The notes below the pieces were generated by a model, which was given only the letters and a program-made list of their open reading frames with translations, was not told the DNA's origin and did no database searches. The translations under genes were made by a program, and so were the position numbers. A DNA stretch of 38,273 bases from Bigelowiella natans CCMP2755 (Eukaryota > Protista > Cercozoa): positions 1 through 38,273 of the forward strand of contig ADNK01002211.1 of NCBI GenBank assembly GCA_000320545.1, written 5' to 3'. Positions 26,215-38,273 of the stretch are shown here, in pieces; position 1 is the first letter of the stretch; each line of letters opens with the position of its first letter.

Positions 26215-26250
<36 letters not shown>

Positions 26251-26623
26251 TTTTAGTAGTAGTACCAAGAAGTAGTAACAACCAACACACAACAAGTCAA
26301 TAAAAGAAGACATCGTATAGGCTGTGTACTTTCTCTTCGTATATAACAACACGTTTGAAAAAGGACGATGATGATGATATCTTCCGTTGGCTAGATATCT
26401 TCTAGTGTTGGTTTTATCTTGATGATTGATTGATGATGATTGCCTACTACATACTCACCAAGACCGCGTTGGAGAATGGAAGATACCTAGAAAGTGATGA
26501 TTGATTAGGTGATAACACTTGTTATTGTTATATACAATAATAATGAGACTCTAGATGAGGGATATGGAGAGAAGAAGGACGACGAGGAGGAAGATAGTAA
26601 CTTAGCATATACGTAGAGCATAA

Positions 26624-26655
<32 letters not shown>

Positions 26656-27400
26656 CACATCTACATCTACTACTACTACTAGATAACACAACATCCTCCT
26701 CCTCCTCCTCCTCCTCCTCCTTCCCCTCCTCATACACCTTACCTTACGTAATAAACGTTCTTCTCCAGACAACGTTGGGAGCAGTAGCCGGCCAAAAGCA
26801 GAAGAAGTAGTAGTAGATGGTGATGATGTAATTGGAGAAAACTTGTTTTCTTCTTGTTGTTCTTCTTCGGTTATTGTTTCTTCGTTGATATCAAAATATA
26901 TGTTGAAGTAAGCATCTAATGATCCCCCAAATGGCAAAACCTTGTAATAATGATAATGATAATAATGATAATAATAATAATAATAGTAATAATAATTAGA
27001 AGAAGTGTATGAAAAATAGCAAGGAATCAAGGGAAGAAGACTACAACAGTGCTGCCCCCCCCCCCCCCCCCCCCCTTTCTTTATTTCTCTCAATGAATAG
27101 ACATTATTTTATAAGATTAAGAAGAGAAGATGAGCATGTACAAATTTGATGGATGGATGGATAATGAATATATAGTTAGTAGATTATACAAATAAGTTCT
27201 TACAGGTGTTAGGAATATTGACTTGAAAGCCTAATGAGAGGATAATGAGGAAGAATACAAGATAATTTAATTGCTAATAGTTCAATTTGTTTTTTCCAAG
27301 TTGAAATATTTATGTTATCATTGCTATGTATATATTTATAATATGCATACATATTATTACCTCCTAATGCAAATGATGATGTCATTCCTATAATTGTGCG

Positions 27401-27434
<34 letters not shown>

Positions 27435-27712
27435 TGATCTTTGTTGTAAAATCAAGCAAACAATATATATGAATAAATCAATAAAAATAAAACAAACCGC
27501 TTGATCAGCTAGGCCTTGTGCAGCAGAGGCTTTATGGCAACACACACACACACACACACACACACACATTATAAAGACACAGACGAAGAGAGGGGGAGAG
27601 AAAGGGAGATTAGTAGGTGACAGTTTCCACCAATAATAATAATAATAATAACAATAATAATAATAAGATGTGGTTGACATGTGTAACATGCAGTGCACAC
27701 ACCATTATGATA

Positions 27713-27745
<33 letters not shown>

Positions 27746-27838
27746 CTCCTTGTTATCGTTGATAGTTGTTTATGATAAGGATGCGTTTTACGAAGTAAGA
27801 GAGTACTAATAGAGAGAGAAATTCACTAATCATGCATG

Positions 27839-27871
<33 letters not shown>

Positions 27872-28473
27872 ATATGTAGTAGTAGTAGTAGTAGTAGTAG
27901 TGGGGTTGGTTGTGGAACCGGTAGTAATTAGTAGTGGTAGGTAACGAAACCAGTAGTAAGTAGAAGTATTTACCTTTGGTAACCCGTTGATTATTTTTAG
28001 CTCCTCCTCCTCCAAGTAACCCTCTGCTAACATCATCCTCCCCTTCTTCTTTCATCATGCCATCATTGTCGTCATCATCACTTGTGGCTGCATTATTATC
28101 ATCGTAGTCATCATCTTCGTTGTCGCTTCCTTCGTTTTCTAGGAGTTTTGCACCCCCCCCTCTCATGATTTGTTCTCCTTCATTAAGAAGCCTGTGTAAA
28201 AGAATAATAAAAACAATACATATTTACATATACATACACAAATAGATCGGAAGATGCAACTATGACCATGATGTTGGTGTGTGAGAAGAATGAGGTACAG
28301 CATGTAATAACATGCATGGAACTTGCTGCTGCTGCTACTAGTGATTATTATAATCGATACTAGTAATTGTAGCGGTGTGATTAGTACTGGTAGTATAGTT
28401 CAACTCATATCATACAACAACGATGGTATAATAATCCTTTTTACTTCCATACATACTTACTAGCACTTAACGG

Positions 28474-28505
<32 letters not shown>

Positions 28506-28798
28506 GGTACAAATTCATATTAACTGTTAATGATAAAAAGAACTACTAATTATTATGATTACTTCAAACTACGTAAAGCCTGCATTTGAAGCCATCTGTA
28601 CGACCCTTCAGAGACTATGATAAGATAGGAGAGTGAGGGGGGGTGGTACAACAGTAACATATCATCCTTGTCATCACAAATGTAATGTATTGATCAAAAC
28701 GTGGAGATTTGCAGCCAAAAGATTGAGATATCTAGTGTGAGTGAGTGCTGCCAGTTAGTGACGTCAAGAATGATGCTACTACCATGCAGTATTTTACA

Positions 28799-28834
<36 letters not shown>

Positions 28835-29517
28835 CGATCTAATGTTGCTATTGATTAATAACTAACATATAGAATAAAACCTCGGCTGCAGACATTAATG
28901 CCGTTTGGGTCAACGACTGACATCGAAAATGCCTGGTTTGTGTTTGAAGACGATGATGATGATGATGATGATGATTATGATTATGATGATAAGAACAAGA
29001 AGAAGAAGAATTATAAAATCATTTCATACATACACACATACTACTACCACTACTACTACTACTACTACTAATACTAGTATCAAAAATAACTAATAACGAC
29101 TCGTGATAAAGATGATTGTAATCATAGCATTCTACCATATACGTGCTATAATAAAGTCTGTTGATATCGTAGTAGTAGTAGTAGTAATAGTAGTAGTAGT
29201 AGTACCTTTGAATATGAACCCAAAAGCCTCTCAACTTCTACTCCTATCGTCTTATTATTCTCATTATTATCTTTGATATGTATTGGTTCCTGCAAAGAAT
29301 AATAATAATACTACATCAATCTAATCTCTACTTATCAAGAACCAGAGCAATCACTACAATGTGCACGGGAAAGAGAAGAAAAGACTAATAATACTACTAC
29401 TACTGAAATCCATACTTGATTCATTGATGCATTATTACATGGTATTGATTATACAAGAAGGTGTAATAATGTGTAATTACATAGCATCAGTAGTAGTTGT
29501 AGCAACAGTGGTAGAAA

Positions 29518-29549
<32 letters not shown>

Positions 29550-29672
29550 ACATCATCATCATATACTGACTGACTACATATACTAACCCTTTGAAAATCA
29601 TGCTCTGCCAAAAACCTAATTACAGCTTTGAAAGCTTGATTTACTGACATTTGCCTGTGTATGATGGATTTA

Positions 29673-29708
<36 letters not shown>

Positions 29709-30426
29709 GTGATTCACCACAGAGTAGATACATATATATCCTCAATCGATTTCGACGATACGATGATAAGAGAGAGAGGATTCATTTGCAGTATTTCATG
29801 CCAATATTCATAATAAAAACTTCTATATACATAGATGGGCTATGAGCAAGGAAAACAGAAGTGAAATCTATATGCCTACTACTACTACTACTATTACAGT
29901 TACTATTTTCTGATTATCATTATCATTTAATTACCATTCAATAGTGCGACGAGGGGCTATTATATGTTTTATATCGTATGAGATGATGATGATGATTCTT
30001 CTTCTTCTATTATTATTATTATAATTATAATTATTACCTAGACACGATACGTTCTTGCACGAGATAAACCAGCACAAAACCGAGGACGAACCCATTTATA
30101 CCTCCACCATTTCCTAACCCTCCACCTCCTCCTCCTCCTCCTCTATCTGATTGCTTGTTGAAGCAACAATACATGCCCCTCTGTCTAGCCCAAACACGCA
30201 ACAACTGCAGGGTCTTTGCTAAAGCTGAAGCCCCTTTGATTGTATTGTGTACCAATCGTAGTTGTGTGATAAACCTAGTAATTATTACGTAATATGTTAC
30301 TTACTTGTTGTACTATCAATACGTGCAGCACCGTATATTCATGCATTGTGCGTGTGTGCATGTAATTTTGTGTACTGCTACATATTCGTATTGCATGTGT
30401 GCGTGTGTGATTATGACTCGTTGCTG

Positions 30427-30473
<47 letters not shown>

Positions 30474-31604
30474 AGTAGCAGCATATACAAATACATTACA
30501 TACCCGGTATCCTCCAACACTCTCTGATTGTAGAGAGGAGTGGCCAATAGTGGTGATGATGAAGAAGATGATGATGAAGATGACGATGATGTATTCATCA
30601 TCATCTTATTCTTATTATTGTTTTTCAAAGCTGCTGCTGCTACGTAGGAACGAGCACAATTGCGGGGGGGCAGTAATTTACGTAGTGGAAATATTGACAA
30701 AGCGATCGAAGGAAATATCTGGAGAAGAAGAAGAAGAAGAGGAGGAGGAGGAAAGGAGGAGGAAGAGGAGGGAAAAGAGGGTTGAGTGCTGACTATGTGG
30801 GTGAAAGAAGAGGTTGGCACTACTACTAGCTTAACTAACACCGATTATGACAACAAACAATAGCAACAAACACATAAACTACTTGCACAATCTTAGATAC
30901 TACTACTACTCTAATTAACGCTATTCTGCAGCAATAAAATTCTACATTGTTAAGCACACAAAGCAGCAGCAAGCAGCAGCAACTACAATCTTTCTCATTC
31001 ACGCTAAATCGTCGTCCAAACAACACTTGACTTTTATGAATATTATTCGATTTATTCCAAATTAATATGATTGGTTGGTTACTACCCTTATCTCAAACCT
31101 AGCAAATCTTTTGGGCAATTGCCCTGCTAACTTGCCCCCCGTTGATCTGTAATGATTGTGATGACGTTTGATCATAAAGCTCATGATGACGATGATAGAT
31201 TTGATTTAATATGATAATTACTTTGGCGTCGGTGATTACGTATATCAACTTGTTTCTTCATGCGAAGGGTTATCATCATTATTATCTTTATCTATTTCTT
31301 CTTCTGCTCTTGTTTTTGCTACCCAGAAACAGCAGTCTTCGGACGTAGAATGATGATTGGTTTAAGTCGATCTTGCATGAAATAACCCACTTCAATCTAT
31401 AAGTAAACCAAAAGATGAGTCATTATTCACCATAATTACCAAAGAAGACGACACGTAGAGGAAAAAGAGAAGAAATGCATGATGTATGGCGTGTGAGTTG
31501 TTGCTGCACAAGCTAGTAGTAGCAGTTTAATATGATATAAGATAATGATATAAGATATGTGAGTTGTTAAACAGGTTAGTAGTGCTAGTAGTAGTAGTAG
31601 TAGC

Positions 31605-31639
<35 letters not shown>

Positions 31640-32546
31640 CAGTAAGAGATCAACGGAAGGAATGATAATGATAATGATGATGATACAAGCTGCAAATAGT
31701 AGTACTTACTTCTCACATAAAACAACAATTTAGATAATAAAGTTGTGATGATGATGATAATGATGAAGATGATGGTGATTTGGTGCTGTTGATGTTCTTC
31801 AAGGATTATGATGTAATATGTGGAAAGAACAGAAGTTTCTCTGTGTTTTGGTAAATGATCACTATAATAATAGAAATATGAGGTTATTAGTAAGTGTACT
31901 TGTGGCTGATAAGTGAGTCAGTGACCCACACACACACCTACCTTTGCGTTTTTGGTACTGTATTTCTTGCTAGGATGCTTTTTTAGACTTCGCATAACGG
32001 TTTCCACGAGTGCAGCTCTTTTTGACAAATACCTTAAATAATTATACAGTAAATGCAATACAATGAGTGGATGGTAATATCATGATGATGAAGATAGTGA
32101 TGATAATGACGATAAAATCCAGCAACATGATTGATTACTATTCTTACATATTATTGTAAGTCACAACCGGAAATTGAGATAATCCTTATTGAGTAAAGAA
32201 TCTGATGGGAATTCAAGTGCAATGTCTACATTGGTGATAGGTTTAGAAACTGTCCGGAGAAGATAAGATCCTACCACCGTAACACGGCTTGGGCTGTTTA
32301 TTGTGGGAGGAGGGAGAGGAGGAGGAGGAGAAGGAGGAGGAGGAGCAGAAATATACAAAATAATACATGATAAATAATAAGTAGTGAACAATGGATCAGA
32401 AGGGAGAGCTCCTCGTAGATGGAAAACGGTGATGATGACCACGGAAGAAGCGATAGAGCTGTAGAGGTAGGAAGTAGACTATGATGACATATAGTTCTAC
32501 TATGTTATCAAGATTATTTGTTTCTTTTCATTCAGGAGTTACTTCG

Positions 32547-32629
<83 letters not shown>

Positions 32630-32676
32630 ACTATGTTCTCAAGATTATTTGTTTCTTTTCATTCAGGAGTTACTTG

Positions 32677-32714
<38 letters not shown>

Positions 32715-33568
32715 TATCTAGTGTTTGTGTGTGTATAGATCATACGATTTGATGTTGAAAGTAAACGGCTTTGTAAATGGAACCGGAACCGTATCTAGCA
32801 CCTTGGTAAGTATAGGGGGGGGAGAGATGAGGGTTAGAGGAGGAGGAACCAGTAAGCTACCAAAACTTCTTAAAAAGCAGGAAATAATAAGGCGGAATTT
32901 ACTTGAAGAATGATCATTCTTTTTTTAAAAATCAGTTGCATACATACCATTGATCTTGGTTTTAAAACGTAAGTAGATGGTTCCATTCCTTCAATGTCCT
33001 CCTTAAGATCGCGAAGATATCTATATTGGGATGAACGAACAATGGCATTCTTCAGTGGAACATCGGCACGCACTGGTGCTTCTACATTCTAACATACGCT
33101 CATCACTATGCAACCATTACTCATTGTAATTACACAGAATAATTTATTTAGTTACTTGTCTAGAGGCGCTGAGATTTTTCGATCTTGCTCATCTGCAGGA
33201 CCTGGAATTGCCGCAGGGGTAACCTCTCTCAACAATTCATCTATCTGCAGCTTGAAGAGGTTCGACTATGGGGATAAGATGAGCGGGAGCGGAATGTGGG
33301 TGGGGGGTAAGACAAGTCAATTTGGTGACTTCACCGTAAAGATGAAGAGTGATACACTTGGAGAAATTCGCATCATCATCAGGACCGTAGTAACATGAAT
33401 GGTAACACCATGACACTACAACCTTGAATAGCAATGCCGTCTCTTTGAGGTTGATGAGCTCCTCAGTTGAGGGAATGCTAAGTTGTGCCACCACACATTC
33501 ATCATTCAATTTTTCTTTCTCAAGTAGCAGGGCCTTTACCTGTAATCCAACTTTTGCCGCTTTTGCAT
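14175..33568 (-). CDS. NOL6: Nucleolar protein 6 / Utp22 (Nrap family), multi-exon gene spanning ~19.4 kb
   Basis: Nrap-family motifs appear in the expected order: MQKRQKLDYS-IPSTEELINLKETALLFK-SNLFKLQIDELLREV (ATG at 33568); PSRVTVVGSYLLRTVSKPITNVDIALEFPSDSLLNKDYLNFR-YLSKRAAL (32.3-31.9 kb); DRLKPIIILRP; KLLPPRNCAR; ATPLYNQRVLED; LQLLRVWARQRG..GINGFVLGFVLVYL (30.0-30.25 kb); QMSVNQAFKAVIRFLA; LPGFDPVDFF (15.4 kb); YDIYGAYGGIVVAKW; VVPDVEGIIQTIKRIGA-GIVQEV..KNKK* (TGA at 14175-14177). Not all central exons were traced. Confidence 0.92.
19163..19345. repeat. Intronic nested local duplication
   Basis: AAGTCATTCGAGTTGCTGTAGTAGTGCAGCAGTTGTTTCTCAACATACATGT x2, with an extra GCAGTTGTTTCTCAACATACATGT and CCCATCAAGTATTGTATATTTGC x2. 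Confidence 0.8.
23032..23220. repeat. Intronic compound minisatellite, 3 units of ~60-66 bp
   Basis: CGATCTAT(GAT)nT(GAT)n..ACGACGATGATGATCACAA repeated three times. Confidence 0.8.
25206..25287. repeat. Intronic tandem duplication, 45-bp period
   Basis: CGAAATTGCTGATTATTATCAAGGAGACGATACATGT at 25206 and 25251. Confidence 0.85.
32499..32710. repeat. Intronic duplication, ~132-bp period, including a (CT)n tract
   Basis: CTATGTTMTCAAGATTATTTGTTTCTTTTCATTCAGGAGTTACTT..TTCTCTC at ~32499 and ~32631. Confidence 0.8.
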
Positions 33569-34278
33569 GAGGTATTGGAGCTACTCCGCGACGGGCCACT
33601 ACTACTACTCCAAGTTTGGGTCCTTCTTTCCTAGGTCCTTAAGTTGTTAGTAGGTTGAGGGGTGTTGAATTTTGTCTGTTTGTTGTCCGTGGTCCTCCTT
33701 GTTAATCCCAAAGTGGTTGTCGATGTGATCGGAGTATTTATTCTGAATGGGTCCGCACACACACGACACACAGCCCTCCTCTCTGTTCCAGATGTGATTT
33801 GTTAGGTAATATTACTATTAGTAGTAGTAGTAGATCTACCTGTGTTTTGCTAAATAAACTACTCCTGACATACGTCATTTCACCCACATAGTATTATTTC
33901 ACTGTGTTTGGTTTGTCTCTGCTATGAAACATAGGTGGAACACCGAGATAACGAAAGAAAGTGTGAGATTATTCTGAGTTTTTCCACGAAGCCATGTTTT
34001 GCAAAGACAGGAAATTTTTTGGTCGATATTTTCGGTTGTTTCATTTCATCAAGAACAAGAAAAACAAGAACAAAAATCAAAATCTCCATACTGTAGTTGT
34101 GAAAGAGCACATCTTTCCTAGTGGTATACTCGTAGGCCCTTTTGAGCTGGTGGTATTGTACATAGATGTAAATACATGCCAATTTCAGAATACGACATCC
34201 TTTTTAAACAAAGTAATCCCTAGAATCACAGGTCGACTTAAGCTCTCTGCCACAGATACCCCCCCACGGAACTAAACA
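33569..34278. promoter_or_regulatory. Divergent intergenic region (putative bidirectional promoter/5' UTRs) between NOL6 and the transporter
   Basis: Inferred only from head-to-head start codons ~710 bp apart; no motif identified. Confidence 0.4.
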
Positions 34279-35881
34279 ATGGGACTCGACACAGAAAATG
34301 ATTACCACAGCTTAGAAGCTCTTCCCTCGAAAAAAGATATCGAAAATAAAGAAGGTTCTCGGGAGGTATTGATCCCATGTCACGAATCGTTCCCAGACTT
34401 TCCATTTATCCTGTCTTCAGATCTTCCTATCATTGAATTGATTTCTAGATCTTTCTATCACAGAGCATGAAAGTCCTGGGTTTTTGGCAAGTTGTATTTA
34501 CAGTAACGAACGGTATGATAGGCCCTGTCATTCTGGTAATGTTTTTCCAATTGATAATTAGCTCAATCATTCAAAAACAGCGTACGAAGAAGAACTCGCA
34601 AACCAAACGCCACACAGAAAAGCACTGTCAACCATCCTGCCCTTTTCCATATTGTCTTCTTATCTTCCCGCTGTTTCTTTTGTCATTGATTAGGTGGTTC
34701 CTTACTCATTTGCCCTGGTAGGGGTACATGGTTGGATAATGTACGCCTTTGCCTTCTTCATGTTCTGGTTTACCGGCCATTGTCTCTATCGAGCACAAAT
34801 GTCACGTCCTGGTAGTAAGTGACATCAGCAATGAGAACAATGATGTAGGAGTAACAGGAGTAGTAGTAAGTATATAAGTAGTACATAGAGGGAGTTGTGG
34901 TAGGATAGGAGGAAGAGGAGTAGGCGTAACATAAGTCCCTAGGTAGTATGTTGTTAATCAGGAACTTGAATAATAGCTTACAATTACGGAGATACACACT
35001 GTTAAATTTATTAATATGCATATGTACATACATACATACATACATACATAGGTAAACACATAAATACATACACACACGATGATCTACCACTAATGACTTC
35101 ACACAGCATATGGTGTTTGTCATTGTTGTATATCTCTTAACAAAATAATAACAACAATAACAACAAGGTTCCATGCTGTACCAAAGCTATCCCGAAATCG
35201 GCGGTGGATTATTAGGTCCAAGAGGAAGAAGTGCCATTGGGTCAGCATAGTCGTCATAATAGCAGCAGTGTCTAGATACACACACAGGCTGCATTAAAAC
35301 ACACACGCACAATCATACTTATCTACATACACCTCACACAAATATATGATGATATGCAACAACACATATAGTTTTTATGATGTGATAATAGCGTTCTCTC
35401 CCCTCTCTCCTTCCTTTTGATCCATCTCTCTTTTATACAATAATAGGCTTTCAATCACTGTGGAGTTAATAGGGCTATGTGCAGCTTTCGTGGTCATAGT
35501 AGGAGATAATCTAGTCAAGGTTTGTATCATCAAATCATCAAGAAAAGAAATAGAGAGAAGAAAAAGAACAAGGAAAAAAAAGTAGGAATGGGTGGGAGGA
35601 AGCGGAAGAATAGGCGATTAATTTATTAGAACATACCACCCTAAATCGTTGGAAGAGGTGGTAGGTATTCAGCAGTTAGTATGTGAATGCTATACGTCAC
35701 AGTAGTGCATGTGTGCGTGTGTGCGTGTGTGCGCGTGCGGTGGCAAGGTGCTCTAGTAGTAGTAGTAGTTATCTGCTCCTCCCAGCAGCTAACCCACTTG
35801 GTTAATTGATTGTTATTTAAGCACCATCACTACCTGCAGTAACTTCATCGTTAGTAAGTAGTAGCATATATTATCACAACA

Positions 35882-35927
<46 letters not shown>

Positions 35928-36397
35928 AGGTGCAGCCTTTGCTTTATTTATTTGGTGTGGAACTAAATAAAACCTCGTGGATATTAGCTTTTACAGCTTG
36001 TGTGCTACCAACCGGTATTTGATTTAAATAATAAGCAGTGAATGACGGATGTATCAAATCATGGTGTGTGTTATTATTGACCAAATGATCAGTCTTGATG
36101 CAAAACTACGGTGTTCTGGCTGATATGAGCAAGATAGGTGATTGTGAAGTACTACCATTTACTTACTCATTATTATTATTATATTATCCAGCATCACCAA
36201 ACTGTTCCTACCATTACTATTTATCTAAAGAAGTTATAAATAAACTTATTTTAATCGATTTCTTGAGATTTATCGTCATTGATCTTCTTCTCAAATGTGG
36301 TGCACCACTACCAACCACTTTCTAGGAGTTGTAGTTTGCTTCTCCATCCCCGTTATCGTGATTGGAAGTCATATCATCAACCCAGTTACCAAGTAGT

Positions 36398-36433
<36 letters not shown>

Positions 36434-36798
36434 AAAAATGACAACAAAAGGAAGAAAAGATCTAGGATTATGATTTTGCAAATAGCAGAAGAAATTATGA
36501 TATGCATGATTTGCCATCTTGTCTTATTATTGTTACTCTAACAGCATCCATCCCCTTTACTCGTTCTGTTTTCCCTTTTGCTGCTGTTTCCTCCCTCCTG
36601 AATACACTTTTTATTCTTGGATACTACTACTACTACTACTTCTACTACTACTACCACTACTACTACTACTACTACTACTAAAGCTATTATGCTCCCGAAG
36701 ACATCGGTAAAATAAGTTTTAGTTGTAGTAATAGTACTAGTAGTAGTAATAGTAGTAGTAGGAAATGATGATGGTGGTGATGATGATGATTGTGTATG

Positions 36799-36840
<42 letters not shown>

Positions 36841-37639
36841 TACAGTATGAATGATAAGAATCATGGCAATACTAATCAAGTAGTAGTAGTTAATGATGAT
36901 GATAATAATGATGAAAATGATGATGAAAATGATGATGATGATGATGATGATGCTAATTATTATAACAAAAGTACCTGCTGCATATTAGGATGATGATGAT
37001 CATGTATGTACAAATAATCGTTGTAGTAAGTGCAAGTAAGTAGATCTGCGCGAATGGTAATAAGTGTGGTGATATTATTACTTGAATGATTTTTTCCCGC
37101 TTTCCTTTCATGATCATGATCATCATCAATATGATCATCATACATTTCAGTGATTGAAGGACCAGGGTTCAACTATGAAAACCTTCCACTCGCATTGGTT
37201 AGACAACACACACACACACACATACATACATATACACATACAAAATACATGTTGACACTAGATATAGGTGATACACAACCATTATTATCATATGCTACAA
37301 TATATCTGCTGCTGCGCACTAAGATAGATAGATAGATAGTAGACAAATAGATGTCACCACACATAATAAATCATGCAGAAACATATGATGATCATGAGGG
37401 TGATGATGACATTAGGATGATGCAGATATAACATATGTCTACTAGCAGTAGTAGTATCAGCAGCAGTATAGGTATCTTGCTTCTGCTGCATATAATAGAT
37501 GATAGAGAAGGAGGAGGAGAGGAGTGGATATCATTATGATCAAAAACATTATAGAGTAGTAGTAACTGTATTTTTATCATCATCATCAACATTATGGAGT
37601 ACTAACTGTATTTTTATCATCATCATCATCATCATTTGG

Positions 37640-37678
<39 letters not shown>

Positions 37679-37846
37679 TTGCTGCATGAAAGATTATTAT
37701 CAAAATTGACTCGTAATATCTTCTTCTTCTTCTTCTTCTTCTTCTTCTTCTCTCCGTCCTTGTCATCATCTCTGTCTATCCATCTATCCATCTTTTAGGG
37801 AATCGTTAGTGTTGCATATACAACGCATGCAATTTTCCCCACTGTG
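34279..37846 (+). CDS. Amino-acid transporter, Aa_trans/AAAP family (AVT1/VIAAT-like); multi-exon, 3' part not found in the window
   Basis: Spliced product: MGLDTENDYHSLEALPSKKDIENKEGSRE / SMKVLGFWQVVFTVTNGMIGPVIL / VVPYSFALVGVHGWIMYAFAFFMFWFTGHCLYRAQMSRPG / SMLYQSYPEIGGGLLGPRGRSAIG / LSITVELIGLCAAFVVIVGDNLVK / ..WILAFTACVLPT / VLMQNYGVLADMSKIG / VVVCFSIPVIVIG.. / ..ENLPLAL / GIVSVAYTTHAIFPTV. This matches the family motifs N..G..L.PY.F, SY..IG...G..G, GDNL and Y..H..FP. Confidence 0.88.
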
Positions 37847-37891
37847 GTATGTGTGTGAGTAAGTATGATCGTACGTATGTCTTATGGGGGA

Positions 37892-37934
<43 letters not shown>

Positions 37935-38273
37935 GGGGGGGGGGGGTTGCGGGAAAAAAGAAGAAAAAAAGAAATCCCCCATTTTAAGGAAATGTTGTGG
38001 GGGGGGGGGGGGGGGGGGTAGGGGGAGAGAGAAAGGGGGTGCCCCTGGGGGTGAGATGTGTAAATCGGTTCCAGACTTTGTTGCCGGTTGAGTCTTCCGG
38101 ACTGCGCCTGTCTCGCTGCCACCATTTACAGTAGTTATCGCGCATTCGTCCACCGTGGACCTGGGCCGCTGAAACACTAGTAACAATGCCTGCACCCTAC
38201 AGAAACAAATATTTTACCACGCTCGAGTCGTCTGCTTGCAAAATGAGAGACCTTGTTTTCGATTCTACGTTCT

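Larger units (their letters stand above)
14800..32720. repeat. Dense microsatellite field (TAG/CTA, GAT/ATC, TTG, TCC, TAA, TA, CT, CA) filling the central NOL6 introns
   Basis: Di- and trinucleotide runs occur every few hundred bp. They account for the homopolymeric ORFs in the ORF track. Confidence 0.95.

Noticed and set aside
14720-32738. Homopolymeric ORFs (poly-S, V, Y, M, I) in the ORF track
   Set aside because: These are translations of intronic microsatellites. Only short embedded segments are real NOL6 exons.
35706-35745. Third TA-free YR patch (also ~30340-30410)
   Set aside because: Very short and flanked by normal TA; indistinguishable from an imperfect (TG)n microsatellite.

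Overview
Left end of a eukaryotic chromosome. (CCCTAA)21 telomere repeats decay into a degenerate subtelomere. Four intron-rich genes follow in alternating orientation: an unknown gene on - (~1.2-4.7 kb, pointing at the telomere), an unknown gene on + with a signal/transit-like leader (5490-10597), NOL6/UTP22 on - (14175-33568, central introns inflated by microsatellites), and a 3'-incomplete Aa_trans/AVT1-like amino-acid transporter on + (from 34279). Gene models were spliced by hand. The architecture suggests an intron-rich protist, possibly a secondary-plastid alga (not established). The main unexplained signal is two domains (subtelomere ~130-1400 and the convergent intergenic region ~10.8-14.1 kb) where TpA is almost absent and TpG/CpA/CpG are abundant. 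Both have graded edges, the internal domain spares CTAG, and a 74-bp double-hairpin palindrome sits near its centre. This looks like a locus-targeted T:A->C:G hypermutation process (the mirror image of fungal RIP), or a modified base miscalled by the sequencer. All counts are by eye.
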